Shown: positions 23,201 to 36,780 of the stretch, in pieces
Numbering within the stretch: the stretch's first letter is position 1
Layout of the letters: each line of letters starts with the position of its first letter
From: a virus
Reading direction: 5' to 3' (one strand)
Virus record (IMG/VR): IMGVR_UViG_3300045988_079613
DNA length: 64,000 nt
Notes under the pieces: generated by a model
What the model saw: the letters and a program-made list of their open reading frames with translations, nothing else
What the model was told of the DNA's origin: nothing
The model's database searches: none
Position numbers and translations under genes: made by a program

Positions 23201-24738
23201 GATAAAAGAGCAGCAGTTGTCTTGTTTTTGGTAGCTAAATCTACAGCCTTGTTCATTATAGCTTTGAAACCTATAGATTTATTCAACAGCTTACCACCAT
23301 AACTTAAACCTAAGTTTTCAGCATAATCACCTAGAGCTAAAGCGTTATTAGTTTCTTCTATCTGTGTTAAACCTTTGCGAGCATCCTTGGCAAAAGTATT
23401 GTAGTTATTATCTTTAGTAGGTATATTATATGCCAAACCAAACTACAATGTTTCCATTTCATCCATTTTATCAGCATCGTAACCCATGGCTTTCAAACCA
23501 GCAGCATAGTCATTCAATACTGTAGATAAATCAAATTTACCATCTGCAGCAGCATTAGCTAATTTTTCAACATAATTAGACATTACTTCTCCTGCAGTTT
23601 CTTTATGTCTAAAATATCGTGTAAATAAAGAGTTGACAACAGCTTCCCCAGCAGCCCAAGCCAAAGGACCACCACCTAATTTGGTACCATATTTCACACC
23701 AAGTGCGGTAAGCATTTGCCATCCCATTCCCTATAATTCTGATGCACTACTACCTATATGCAACATACCATACTTCCAAGTAGTTGGATCTAAAGCAGAT
23801 ATCTAAACTTCTCCACGTTTCTTATCAAGAATAGGATCAATTACTTCAGGATTGTAAAATATTGGCATCGGAACAATTCCAAATAGAGGATCATGTAACC
23901 AATGCGCTGTCTTTAAACTCTATTGTTTCTATTTTAATTCATCATCTTTACTATCATATTCTAACTTAGCATCAGATAATTGCTTTTGTAAATTAGCAGC
24001 TTTTATATCTAACTAGCTAACTGTAGTTGGAAATGTATTAGTAAAATCGGGGTTATTCTATTTCCAAGATAAATCAGCATAGTAAGGAGATAATCTTCCT
24101 TCCGCTAGTTGATTCCTTACTGTAGAAGCTTCTATTGTTCTACTTGGTAACAAAGGGTTTACAGACTCTGTTACAGCTCCATAAAATACATTACTTAGAT
24201 AAGGATTGGTCTTAGCTTTCTATTTTATATCTTCTTGTAATTTCAACAACTCTTCAAGTTTCTGTTGTGAGGCTTGAATGAGATCTGTATTCTATGGGTT
24301 AGCTTTTAATTGATTTTGGAGTTGGATATATTCTTTCTAACCCTATATATAATTCTGCGCTTCTTCAATCTCTGGTAACCATTTACCTTCAGTATCCATT
24401 AGTTCTTTCTGTCTAGAAGTAATGTTCAAAGATAAAGCGTCTCTAGTATTTATATTAACTGCCTATTCAGCAAATGTAGTAGTTTTTCCAGATTCTGTAG
24501 TAGGCTCAAATAGTTTCTTACCACCAATAACTACAGAAGAAGCTATAGGATTTAGCAAAAATGCAGATACTTTGTTTATAATACCTAGACTAGTTTCTTG
24601 TTTATCTTCAGAAATGTTAGATTCCTGTTCCTATATAGGAGTGGCATATTCATCATCTATACGTCCGTAATAACCTGTACCGAACTAACTATCATTAGTT
24701 CTATTTATTACTGATAAAAAATCGTCAGAAAATTTCAT
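11275..24738 (-). CDS. giant multidomain virion protein containing a crAss-type virion RNA polymerase domain (4,487 codons)
   Basis: The listed ORF fragments between 11677 and 23727 share one phase. All gaps were hand-translated: about 78 in-frame TAGs and no TAA/TGA from ATG 24738 to TGA 11275-11277. GSDFDIDKLY (DFDID at 14050-14064) matches the DxDxD metal-binding signature of crAss-like virion RNAPs (phi14:2 gp66 type). HEAFH at 18616-18630. Acidic low-complexity linker at about 20900-21700. Confidence 0.75.
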
Positions 24739-24749
24739 AAGTTATTATA

Positions 24750-26423
24750 TTAAAGGTTTTCTTCCTAAGATAACATATCTTGTATATCTTGTGTTTTTGT
24801 TTGTATTCCAAGATTCTTGTCCATCCAAGCTGCATCAGAAGTTATGGCAGCTTCTCCACTTCTAGGTAATTGCTGTAGTACAGTAATTCTGATAGTTTTT
24901 ACAGGAGTACTTGAAGATGTGGTAGTACTCTCCAAATTTCCTCTATTGTCATATCTTTCTGTAGTTTTAGGACCTGCATCCACAGTTACTGGAGTACCCA
25001 AAGCTGATAATGATTTTCTATCTATTCTGGCTTTTAGTAATTGATCTTCTGGAATGTATGCATGTTTTACTATATATATATCATTACCATCAGATATCAT
25101 TCTCTGGTCAGAAGATATTTTAAAGTTAGAGAAATTATTTCCATCATTCCACAGACTAATAAACTTCTATAATCCTTTGTCAGCATCTTTTCCAATTGTA
25201 TTATATACTAATTCTTTGGCTAACTTGAAATTTGAACTATTATTTGCTGTGTAGAAACCATCTTTATCCTATTTTCCTGTAGTACCATAGGCTGCATACT
25301 TATCAGAAGCTTCATAGCTTATAGGAGTAGACATAAGATCAATTACAGCATTTTCTGCAGTACTTCTCCTTCTTGTATCTTTCAGTACCTGATCGTAGTA
25401 ATTTTTCATTTTACTTTCTACATAACCTGGATTCTTAAGATTAAGAACCTCCTGTTGCTTTTCAGGAGAAAGGGCTTTAAAACCTTGTTCTGCAAATGCA
25501 TCCACTTCCTATGGAGTAAGGTTGGTAAACCTAAGTAAGTGATTCCTGGTAGCATCTGATTCTAGTACTCTGGTAAGATTGAGTAAATTATTGGCAGTAT
25601 TAGCAGCAGACGCATATTTGCGTTGTAACCTCATATTTTCTATAGCTACAGGATCTCTGTCTGCTTTATTCCATGTATACTCTCTACCTGCAGTATATAT
25701 CTCATTAAGTAATTGTTGTTGAGCCTGTTCAGGATTAAGCCCCATTTTCTAATATGTTTCTAGATATTTCTGGTACTGAGGAGTATTCTGTATACTTGAC
25801 AAATTTTTCTATAGTTGAGCATCTGTCATTTCATTAGTAACACCATTCCATAGAAATCCATTCTTAGAACCAAGAAATTCGCCTTTAAGGTTATTAACAT
25901 AAGGCTCTACTAATTCCCTTACAGACATATAAGGAAGAGGAGTTATATCATCAAATATTTTCTTACTACCTAACGTATCATAATTAGCAAAGTCTACGTC
26001 ATGCCATAGGGGGTTAAACCTATTCTCTAACATTAATCTTTGATTAATTTCTTGACGTTTTAGCATAGCATCTCTACTAGATTTTAGATTACTTAACGCT
26101 GCGTAATCTACACTGTTTATCATAGACTGTAATTGTGATCTAAATGCGGCATCTTTCAATGCATCAGGATTAGATACCATCTGATTAATAGCATTCTAGA
26201 AATCATTTCTACCTACAGTAAGATCATAATATCTCTGGGTATCTATTAGAGAAGGAGACTAAAATTCATTAAATCTCTACAGTTGAGCTCCAAACTATTG
26301 AGCTGCTTCATCTATAGCAGCTTTCTAGGCTGCCCCAATTCTATATAACTCTCCAAAATTAATCGGAGCATAAGTATTTATAAACTGAGCCTACGCGGCT
26401 TGATCGTACATATTTGCTGCCAT
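24750..26423 (-). CDS. hypothetical virion protein (about 557 aa)
   Basis: Four same-phase fragments joined by TAG only. ATG 26423 lies 1 nt after the upstream TAA (26425-26427). Ends ...DMLS-TAG-EENL-TAA. Confidence 0.55.
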
Positions 26424-26424
26424 A

Positions 26425-28677
26425 TTATCCTCTTCTAAATTGTTTCATTAAATTAATATAATCTCCAGATTTATAAGCGGCCTCTAAGAATGGAGCATAC
26501 GCTTCTAGCATAGCAATATCTCTATTTCTTTGATTTCTCATAAGTTCCTTATTCTAGAAGTAATTGCTTAATTGTGATAATCCTGCTCTATTAATGTTTC
26601 TAGAAGAAGCTCTACTTCTAGCATTTTGATCTATGGATAAATTTCTAGAACCAACGAATTGTTGTCCAAGATTATTTAAAGTATTTGCATAATCACTCTT
26701 ATATTGATTATCTATGTTATTTTTCTGTGAATATAAATCTGATATAGCCTTGTCAGCAGCTATTTGACTCTATAGTCTATATGCTAAATTAGCTCCTGTG
26801 GTAGGATTGTATTGGGAGGCATTATAATTTGATATAGCTCTATTTTCTCGTATAGCTCTCTTAGCTGGTGCAATATCAAATTTTCTACCAGACATTGTTC
26901 TTATAATATTATCAGCATACGGATTGTATACAGCTTCAAAATTTTCTGGACTTGCCATTAGATTTGAAAATATCGGAGCTATTTGTGATATGTTAGAAGT
27001 GATATCTCCTAAAATTTTTCTCCAATCATCTTTATCTTTAGGAGTATTTTCGTTATTGCTATCTTTTTTATTCTGATTATTTACTGCTGTAGAAACCAGT
27101 GTCTCATAAGGTATTACTTCATCTCCTACTCTTGATATAGCTTCTCCACTAAGATCTATTTCATTGTTAATGGGTTCTACTATAGATTTTCTATTAGGTT
27201 TACTTATTGTAGTACCGGTAGATCTTCTGGTTTTAGTTGGAGTTACAGATATGTTAGGTATATTTACAGAGTTATCGGTCGTTGTACTATTAATGGGAGT
27301 TGTATAATCAGAACCTGATAACAACCAATAAGGTACTCCACCTCTCCATTCTCCACTATTTACCAAGTTATCTGATGCCAATGTTTTAGCAGCAAGAGAA
27401 GAAGCATTTGTAAAGTAATTAGGAACGGATCTTCTAGGTACAGCTATTTGTTCATCAGGCACTCTAGCATAAGCTTCATTATTTAGATCAATATTATTTT
27501 CTATTAACTAAGGAGCTTTTCTAACATACTTACTTGGTTTATATTCGTTTATTGGAAACACTGTATCTAATTTAGCTTGAGGCTGTATATCATACAAATT
27601 ACCAATTGATTCCCCATTGTATGGGGTATAGGTTCCTGTCTTACTATCTTTTATCCATTTTCTTCCAGCCCTAGTAATAATATCACCGTCTGCTGCTGCC
27701 TATATGCCGTTCTTAACCTTAGATCTTTTATTCTTAGTTATTTCTTGAATAGCAAACAACTCATCGTGAATAGCCTAATCATTCATTTCATTAAGCATTG
27801 CAGAATTCTCTGCATATTTATCTTTACCTTTTGTCTTCTGTTTAGACATCAATCTTTTACCCATTTGTGCAAATGTTTCTTTACTTCCTGGTACTTTTAA
27901 CGTATCACTCAATACTCTACTACCTTCCGGTAAATTTACTAAATTACTATCTGTTGGTTTTCCTTCCTCTGGAACTTCTAGTATCTGTCCTTGAGGTGTG
28001 TTAATTAGTTCTCCATCGTCTACATATGCCATGCTAGAAGGAATCTAACCTCCAAACTCCATAGTATACACATTTTGATCATAATCTTCATCCCATTCCT
28101 ATTGAGCTTGCGCTCCAATACTAGCTCCAATTCTATGTTGCCCTGCTAAAGTTTTAGCAGCTTCGTACCTACGTTTTAAACCCTTATTACTAATGGCTCC
28201 TCGTATACCTGTACCCAGAGTAAGAGTAGGGTCTTCATAGAATCCGCCACCTGATATTTTACCTTTCTTACCTACCAATCCTGTAGCCAATCCTGCAGCT
28301 CCACCTACAATAGCTCCAACTGGACCAGCAACTGATCCCATCTGAGCACCCGTAGCAGCACCTCCTATTACATTTTGTATTGATTGTTGTACTGCTTCTC
28401 CTTTAGTAGTAGCTGTAGAAGGACCGGCTAACATACTGGCTATATTAGTCATACCTCCTATTATATCTGAACCTTTGCCTAATATATCTGTAATATTTAT
28501 ATTATTAGTAGAAGTAGATGTATTTCCAGTAGATCCAAGAGATGCTCTTTGGGCAGCATTAGGACCGTACTTAGAAAAATTAGGTACTCCTAATAACTGT
28601 TCTGTCATCTAACGTTGCCAATCTACTCCTCCGTATTGGTATTTCTTAATACCCTTAATTTTTCCTTTACTTTTCAT
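26425..28677 (-). CDS. glycine-rich internal virion/ejection-type protein (about 750 aa)
   Basis: Same-phase fragments with all gaps hand-checked (TAG only). Gly/Ala-zipper segment GGAATGAQMGSVAGPVGAIVGGAAGLATGLVG. ATG 28677 lies 2 nt after the upstream TAA. Confidence 0.55.
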
Positions 28678-28679
28678 GA

Positions 28680-31600
28680 TTATACTAATGAGTATCTATA
28701 TGTTGTATTAATATTTGGAAGATTGAAATTATGTTGATTATCACAATTAATAGTATAATCACATATCAAATATTTGCCTCTTAACCTACCAGGCAATGAT
28801 AATTCATCTTCATGAGTGCCTTCTCGACCTATAGCAAACCTATAAGTATCTTCTCTATAATCTATAGCATATCCTCCAGTTAGATAGTTTTCCTATATAG
28901 TACCAACCTAATTCTTAGTAGTAAACTTTGCATCTATTAACATGCTATTTATATCTCTGAACTAGCCACTGAAAAAAACATTATCAAATGTTTTAGTTAC
29001 TAATGGATCTTTATTAACCACATACTGTAACTTAGACTACATAGTATTTAACGGAAAATCTGCATTTTCCATTATCTTATTATTGTATATATACAATAAC
29101 TTATCAGAAAATCTGAGATGAGCTTTAGGATTAAACGTATAAAATGAAGTAAACCTCTAAGTATATTCATTAAATACTAATACTGCATTATCGAAGCACA
29201 TCTGTACTTCATTAAATTTGTTATCATATATGCTGGTACGTACTTGAATATCTGGATTATTATTCAAGTAAGTCTATACATTTTTTTCTTTAGATAACTT
29301 ATGTATTCTATCAGAAAAAGAACATATCTCATTCTTGTCCGTATCGTACCAATATAGAGAAGCATCTGATGCTACTATACTCTAATCATTAGATATAGAA
29401 GATCCATTATTAGTAGATACATAATCGTACCTAGTAAGGATTCCTCCAGTACCTAAAGTAAGAGTACTAACATTATTGTCTGTAATCAAAGATCTATCAT
29501 TTACAGATGCTATTCCTAATGCAGAATCTTGCCAGAAGAATAACTTATCTCCGAAAGCTTTCATATTAGTAACCGGTCCGTATTGACTATCTACTTCCAT
29601 ATAATTGGCAGGTTTAAACTAAGCCCAACTATCTGTAATCTCATTAGCAGTTTTAGTCTCAGAATAAATTATTTTGTTCGGCAATCTTAAGTTAGCCATA
29701 GAAGTAGTAGAATCTGCCACATACATCTGTGTACTAGGCTATAACGAGTAGACATCATTATATGCATAATATGGTTTAGTCTAATTAGAAAAACCTAAAC
29801 TATGTATATAATTAGTTAAATACGGATTGGGACAATTTCCTCTTTGTCTACTCATACTTTCACCATAAGCAAGGTTTAGATTAATGGTAGTTTCTAACGG
29901 AATGTAATCACTTAAACTTACTTTAGTTTGTCTACTATCATACTTTCCTCCTCCTTGTCCATCTGCAATAGGTGATCCAGTTCTATGGTCTAATACTCCA
30001 AGATAAGTATCTCCTCCAAATACATAGTTAACATTACTATCTGCTTCAGATATTAACTTATATGATGACGTGGATATATACGTAGAATTGCTTCTAGCAT
30101 TATAATTATTACCTCCATAAGGAACAACTCTCCTTTTTATATTTACTACAGGAGTTGAGAAAGGAGTATGATTATAGAAATTTATCAAATTCTTAACCCC
30201 TTCCCCCACAGCTATCTTATCGTCTACAGCAATAGAATGTTGTCTAGGAAAATAACCATTTAGTTCTACTACAGCACAACTTCCGAAGTAACACATTTTT
30301 GCACTAAGCCAGTCAAACTATTCCTAGTTATTCCACATAACTCCAAAATTTAAATAGGAACGTGATCCTATGCCTCTATAGTAAGCTTGAATATTACCTA
30401 ATTCTCCATTAGGTATAATAGGAGTAGTTATTGCTCTATTTATGTCAAATTGTATTCTATTTCCACCCTATAAATTCTGATAGTGAGTGATATACCTTTT
30501 CCCTATCATATTAACTACCATCTCGTCATCATCAGAACTATCCATATTAACCGCATTATAGAAGAATCCATCTTGTTTGAATATTGATCCTAAGAAACTT
30601 GGTTGAACGTAGGCAGTCTATGTGTTCATAGCATATGTCTGATACGGAGTCTGAAAATACTTAACAAATCCCTCTAACTTTATATTTTGGTTGTTTAATA
30701 CAGGTATAATTCTAGTAGTGTTAGGCATTCTAGTGTCACACCAATGACACAAGTCTAGATAAGTATTGTCACCTAATTCAGATATAACTTCATCGCCTGT
30801 AAAATCTATTTCTGGAGTTATTAAACTGAATATATTTTTAACTATACGATCCTAATTTAAATAAAGTTCTCCGTCTCTATAAGTAGTAGGTGCGTTATAG
30901 AAACTAACACCTCCACATATAGACATGTTAGTATCTGTAACTCCAAGAGGTATTCTAGGTCTTGTATCCATTTCACTTTTTAGCCATGTACCTGTAGTAG
31001 CATTAGGCCAAGGAAATGCAGTAGTATCTGACAGTATACCCTACATTAATACAGTTCTATCTTCTGCTGTTCTTTTGCATCTTACTATTTCGTATGCCAC
31101 AGCTCCGTCCGGAAAATTCTTTATATTAAACTTAACCCCTATAGCTTTACCTATAAATTCCTATGTAATAGAATTAGTAAGATCTCCATTTACAAACGAC
31201 ATGTAAAAATACCAAGGAGATACTTCAAATGAATGCGGGAATTTGATATCTGCTATCCAGTAAACAGGACTAGCAACATTCTTATTATTAAAAAATATTA
31301 TACCAAATCTGTATATTTCGTCTCTCTAATACCCTTTATATTTTGAATCTATATAAGGGTCGCAATAATTAGGTATTCTTTGTTTTACTTCAGGGTATTT
31401 TACTACAATGTTACTACCATCACTAATCTGATGTATTATTTTTCCTTCGTCCTATTTCCTAGGTACACTCATGAAATTATAATCTAGAGTGGTATCTAAC
31501 ATTATGTCTGTAGTTATAAACTCATAATCTATATTTAAACCAGTACCACCTAATACCGGTAACTGTTCTGAAGAAGACTTAAATTTATATTTTGAAACAG

Positions 31601-32852
31601 TATTATCATTAAGCTTATAATCTGATAAGTTTAATGGACACATACAATCATGTTTTTTATCTATAGATGATAATACCTACTTTAAAGTACTATCTGTAGG
31701 AGTAACAGATATACTAGATCCTGAATCAGCTGCCTATAATATTAACTTGTTACTTCCAGTAAATCTATACGACCTAGCATCATACTCTTCTCCATTTATC
31801 ATTGGTTTCCAAGTAGTTTCTCTGACATCTGCAGCAAACAATATATTATCTTTCTTTTCTAGAGTAGCTACAGTGAAATCACTACCGATGTTAGCGTTAA
31901 ATTCTTCTATAGTTACAGTATTCAACGTTTTATTACCTAAATCGGTATATGTTAAAGAATTACCGGAAGGTAAATCTATTTCGTCAATAACATCTATATT
32001 AGCTATTTCGGTATTATCCACGTATTGTATTCTTACTATTCTACACTTGTCAAATAATCCAGAAACTACATTAGATAAATCAATTACAATATTAGCACTT
32101 TTGCCAGTATTGACATCTTTATTTACTCCTTGATATTCTGCAGAATCGGTAGTAGTATTACTAGATGTTAAGTGCATAGTGTTGCTAGCAGGAGCATATC
32201 CAGTACTAGAACCTCTTTCATTATATAACTGATAAGTGTACTATACTTGTCCAGATAATAATGACCCATTAGTTCCAAGACTAACTATTTTAGGAGCAAC
32301 TAGCAATGTGCTTGGTATTATGTCCAACGAATCCGGATTCTTTATATTACCTTCTTCATCTAATGCTGGATTAGCACCTTCAGAGTTTTGTACGTATCTA
32401 TCGCTCATTATATTTAGTGATCTAATACTACTCTCTCCATCTGTAAAATACATTTTAATAATAGAATCAGATTCATAGTTAGCAACTATTTTAACTCTGC
32501 TAAATCTGTTATAATTAAGTCTTCCTTTTAATACTAGTGTGTGCTGTATTAATCCTTCTTCGTAACCCTCTACTCTATATATTCTAGTTATACCATATGG
32601 ATCTGCAGTGAGTATGATACCATATTGATTAATTATGGCTGTAGCTAATACTACCTCGTCACTATCCATAAAATCACCACCTTGTATTAATCTAGTGCTT
32701 TGTATATTCTAAAGTACTCCACTAGTACCATCTTTATTAGTAAGGATACGTACATTTTCTGCATACCTGTATTGTGATTCTGGTATAGCAGTAATATCAA
32801 TATCCAAATTCATCCCTTCGATGAAACTATTCGTCTAGAAAGTATTACTCAT
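28680..32852 (-). CDS. large tail/virion structural protein (about 1,390 aa)
   Basis: Five same-phase fragments. The gaps 31452->30296 and 29382->28680 were hand-translated (TAG only). Begins MSNTF-TAG-TNSFIEGMNLDID. Function inferred from size and position. Confidence 0.55.
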
Positions 32853-33567
32853 AACATTTCCTTTCTGTATATTTCCATTTATACCCACCAGCTGTTTTAT
32901 GAATTTTTTTCAAACTAAGAACAGATTGTATAGCAGTTTTAGCGATTCCTGTACATTTACTAGCACAACGTATAGATTTATAAGTATTCACTAAAACGTC
33001 GTCTCTAGTAAACTGAGACACAGGTTTACAATTTGCATATACTTCTTTTCTAGTCCAACTTCCGATATTCTAAGTTTTATTGTAACTCCACTAAAAACCT
33101 TTGTATGATTTTTTATTCTTTCTGTGCTCACAACAACCTTTAATGTTGTCAACATAACCGTTTATTGATTTTGCTGCAATTAATAAATTATCATAACTAC
33201 ATATGTAATTTCCATTCATATCATAACAGTGTACCTATTTTCCACTAACTTTATTTATATTATAATTTCCACACTGTTCAATATACTTATTCTCTAAAAA
33301 TTTAATAGTGCTACGATTGTCTTCACATTCTTCTAGTATTATAAATGAGAATTTATCTATACCGAATATATCTACAGCGTTCTATAAATTTATATTGTGA
33401 CATTTTCCACAAGAAAGATTCTACAAATGAAAACCCAATCTATTTTTTATATTTGTTGAAGATCCAACGTACATGTTATTATCTATATCATTTCGTATAG
33501 CGTATATTCCACAACAGAAGTTACGAATTGAATTTATATTTTTTCTGGTAAATTTATAACATTTCAT
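32845..33567 (-). CDS. GIY-YIG homing endonuclease with IENR/NUMOD-like DNA-binding repeats (240 aa, 5 in-frame TAGs)
   Basis: CGIYAIRN...NMYVGSSTNIKNRL is a GIY-(10-11 aa)-YxG motif. Two C-terminal modules (VHCYDMNGNYI..., VSQFTRDDVLV...YKWKY). Fully hand-translated. TAA 32845-32847 overlaps the next gene by 8 nt. Confidence 0.7.
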
Positions 33568-33568
33568 A

Positions 33569-34486
33569 TTAGTAATTATTCTAGTTATATATCTATTGTT
33601 CCTCACCCAAATGTTCAAAAAAGCTATCGTGTTCTCCTAATTCTGGATATAAACGGTTCCACTAATTTTGAATACTATGAAGTTCGTCTGGACCAGGCAT
33701 CATAGCTTCAGCATAAGCCTATCTTCTGTAGAAGTTCCAAGAGTTTTTCATATCGTAATATATATTCTATGACATCTACCCTTTCAAATATTTAGGATAA
33801 GATAATTTCATCGCTACATACCAGAATATGGCTTCAAAATAGGAAGGATTGTCAGGTATCATAGGCATACTATCTTCATCCGTAAATATTGCATGATAAG
33901 ATATCTTCACCCAACCACATGGAACGTTAACTGTAATATATCCTGGTTTAGTAGAATACTAAAGAGTACTATTCATTACAGAAGGGTTACCGGGTATTAA
34001 TCTACCATTTACACTAGGTATAGTATACTGATTTACTAGAGCGCTTAGTGTATTTCTTATGTTAGGATCAGAATTAAGTATCTTTAAAGCATCCTTATCT
34101 TCTATTACATTATACAGATTCTTTACTAGTGGTAATAAAGCATCATTTTTTACCAACATTTCTGGATTACAATTGTCATTGCAACACTTCTTATATATAC
34201 CAAAAGAGTTAGTCACCTTTCTCATTGGTAACCAACCGCAATCGTTGTTAAATGAAAATGCAACCTAATTCATTCTATACAGATCACATGGTAATTTAGC
34301 TTGATAATTCTCAATTGGAATATTAACTACTTTATGTTCTAGTTGCTATATGGCACCTATTTTTTCCATAGCTTCACCAATCCATTCGGAAATGTCTGTT
34401 ATTTTTATTTCATCTTCTTTTAGATCTAAATCGGCTATGATTTTAGCTAACACAGCCTTTGAACTAACTAATCTATTATCTATCAT
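33569..34486 (-). CDS. hypothetical structural protein (about 305 aa)
   Basis: ATG 34486 to TAA 33569-33571 with TAG read-through. The TAA lies 1 nt before the HEG ATG. Confidence 0.5.
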
Positions 34487-34491
34487 AACCG

Positions 34492-34914
34492 TTATTTGAT
34501 TTCTAGGTAATCGTATTCTTTATTCTTAATTATTTGAGCTAATCTTCTTTTATTGGCTCTAGTTGCTACAAACTAATATCTTGTTTTATTAGTTAATAAT
34601 GATTCTTTTTTAGACCACAAAAATCTGTACTTAAAATAATTGGAATGTTCATTAATAAAATAAACAGCTTTACCCTGTATAGCACTTTCATGATAGTCTA
34701 TTCTAAGACTCTTGTTATCAAAGTTTTTAGGCTATCTCTTAACAATACTTAAGTACCCTAATCTACACGGTAATCTAAATTCTTTACTATGCTCCATTAT
34801 TTCTTCTACTATAAATCTAAAGTAATCTTCAACTATCTGTCTATATACTTTGTAGTCAACATCGTATACAGTATTTCTTTCTATATTAGATAAGTAGAAC
34901 TAATAGAAGTCCAT
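34492..34914 (-). CDS. hypothetical protein (140 aa, 3 TAGs)
   Basis: Hand-translated ATG 34914 to TAA 34492-34494. Invisible in the standard-code track. Confidence 0.45.
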
Positions 34915-34937
34915 TATAGTATATGATTTCTTATTCA

Positions 34938-35594
34938 TTATTGCTATTGTTTATATATGTTCTACATATCGTCATTAGAGTTATTAGTAGTATCCGTAGG
35001 CATCTTAGGCATAACATTCAGCTCTTTACTGAATATAAGATCTTTTATAGTAGGAATCATATGTGCTGGTGCTGGATACGGCCCGTCCGGATCAAAGCAT
35101 TCATTAGCATCTGCAGGATTCTCTAGTATAACATCAGCCTCTATATATTCTAACTGATTGTTACCTCCTTCTACGTATATACGACTGTCTTTTAAGTAAG
35201 CAATATAATCCTTACATGTATATTTTCTATACTTCTAAAGTTTCATTTTGGACTCACTACCTAACTATATCAGATTACCATACATATCCTTTACAGAAAC
35301 TAGACCTGTTCTGAAGTGAAAGTCTATGAGTTTAGGTAACGTTATATCACTAACATATACAAAGTGACCTGGTATACACTCTTTCCTTTCTAAGTGTATA
35401 CATCTAATAGTTTGAACATACATGGGATTGATATCTCTACCCTTATCTATGTCTTGCTTAATTAGTAAAGCTCGGTAATTGTTAATCCATTGCTCTATCT
35501 ATATTCTACTTATGTGTTCTGATTCAGAAACAGAACTATTGCGCAATTCAAGTAAAATATCATCAATAACAGTATTCAATGTGTTTAATTTCAT
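34938..35594 (-). CDS. hypothetical structural protein (218 aa, 5 TAGs)
   Basis: Hand-translated ATG 35594 to TAA 34938-34940. Invisible in the standard-code track. Confidence 0.45.
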
Positions 35595-35704
35595 AATGCA
35601 TTATTTATTAAATATATCTATAACGTATTTTAAGGACTTTTTAGACACTTTATATGTAAAGTAGTACAATTGACAAGATATAGTAATAGCGTTTAAATAA
35701 AAGG

Positions 35705-35737
35705 CTTAAAATAAAAAAGGCTAGTATTAACTAGCCT
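35705..35737 (-). terminator. rho-independent terminator
   Basis: On the minus strand: AGGCTAGT-TAAT-ACTAGCCT followed by TTTTTTATTTT. The hairpin contains the stop codon of the upstream gene. Confidence 0.7.
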
Positions 35738-36293
35738 CATTCATTGCTTTTTGCATATTCTATGGTAACATCTATTTCATCTAAGGTGGAACCATATTTC
35801 CTGCTTGTTTTATCAAATTCTTAAGTTCACCTACCTGATCTTGTAGTTCCTTTATTCTAGGATCTTCTTTATCAGGTTCTTTGTCATTATAATCTAACTA
35901 CTTTAATATTGATTCACATTTTGCCATTTCTTCGTCATACTTTGCCATTGCTTCTTTTTTAGCTTTACACTCATCGTAGTTAGCTTTAACCATATTAATT
36001 ATTTGTTGTTTATCAGTTGCTACTGTTAAACCTATTGAACCATCTGTTACTATTGACTTGTTATCTTCTACAGATAACTTCTTTGATTCTCCATCACAGC
36101 TGATTACTATGTCTACTAACTTCTTTCTAGTCTAGTTAGGCATAGGAAACTACTATGGTGGTAATGGTTCATCATATACTTTGGACACATTGGTAACCAT
36201 TCCTTTATAGTATGTAGTACTCTTCTTAAAAGTACCAACTACTTCAAGTACATGGATAGGTTCTCCAATGTTTAATTGTGAAAATGTAATCAT
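35727..36293 (-). CDS. hypothetical protein (188 aa, 7 TAGs, Gln-context tail)
   Basis: Hand-translated. TAGs fall in PLPP-TAG-TAG-FPMPN and MVPP-TAG-MK-TAG-MLP-TAG-NMQKAM, which read naturally as Gln-rich. Confidence 0.5.
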
Positions 36294-36312
36294 AATAAGT
36301 ACTTGTTTTTAT

Positions 36313-36332
36313 AAGGGCTCCGAAGAGCCCTT
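36313..36332 (-). terminator. stable UUCG-tetraloop hairpin just after a stop codon (RNA stabiliser/terminator)
   Basis: Minus strand AAGGGCTC-TTCG-GAGCCCTT, 4 nt downstream of TAA 36337-36339. No strong T-run follows. Confidence 0.4.
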
Positions 36333-36336
36333 GTTG

Positions 36337-36780
36337 TTAAGCTGCAGGAGCTGCAGTTGGTGTTACAATGTGGTTGACTACTTGGAATATTCCATTACAC
36401 TTATTATAGTATACGAAATATTTATTTCCAACTGTAACCTCTTGATTAACCATCTGTTCTCCAGAACCGTTTATTAACTATTTTCCACCAGCAGAAATGT
36501 TACTTGAAGTATTAGCATTAGAACTAGTATGAGTAGGATCTATTAAGATAGGAGCTTCTGCAGGAGTACCAGCAGCTGGAGCATGCTGTACATTCAAAAG
36601 TAATATACCTTCATTTGGTAATTGCCTCCATTGATATGGACACAAACCGTAAGTAACCTGGTTGGCTTCAGTATCTGTAGTCACGTAAATTGTACGTGCT
36701 ACAGGTATACCGGCTCTATCTAATCTCTATACATTATTTCTACGGGGAAATCCGTAACCGAAATTATAGAAAGGATACAT
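36337..36780 (-). CDS. hypothetical protein (147 aa, 2 TAGs)
   Basis: ATG 36780 is preceded by AGGAGG (36786-36791). The track fragment 36478..36684 is extended on both sides through TAG. Confidence 0.55.

Noticed and set aside
6917-33618. The fragmented minus-strand ORFs could be pseudogenes of a decaying prophage
   Set aside because: Interruptions are exclusively TAG and reading phase is preserved across dozens of fragments. No TAA/TGA occurs inside, and the restored ORFs end precisely at the next gene start. Decay would produce frameshifts and all three stop codons.
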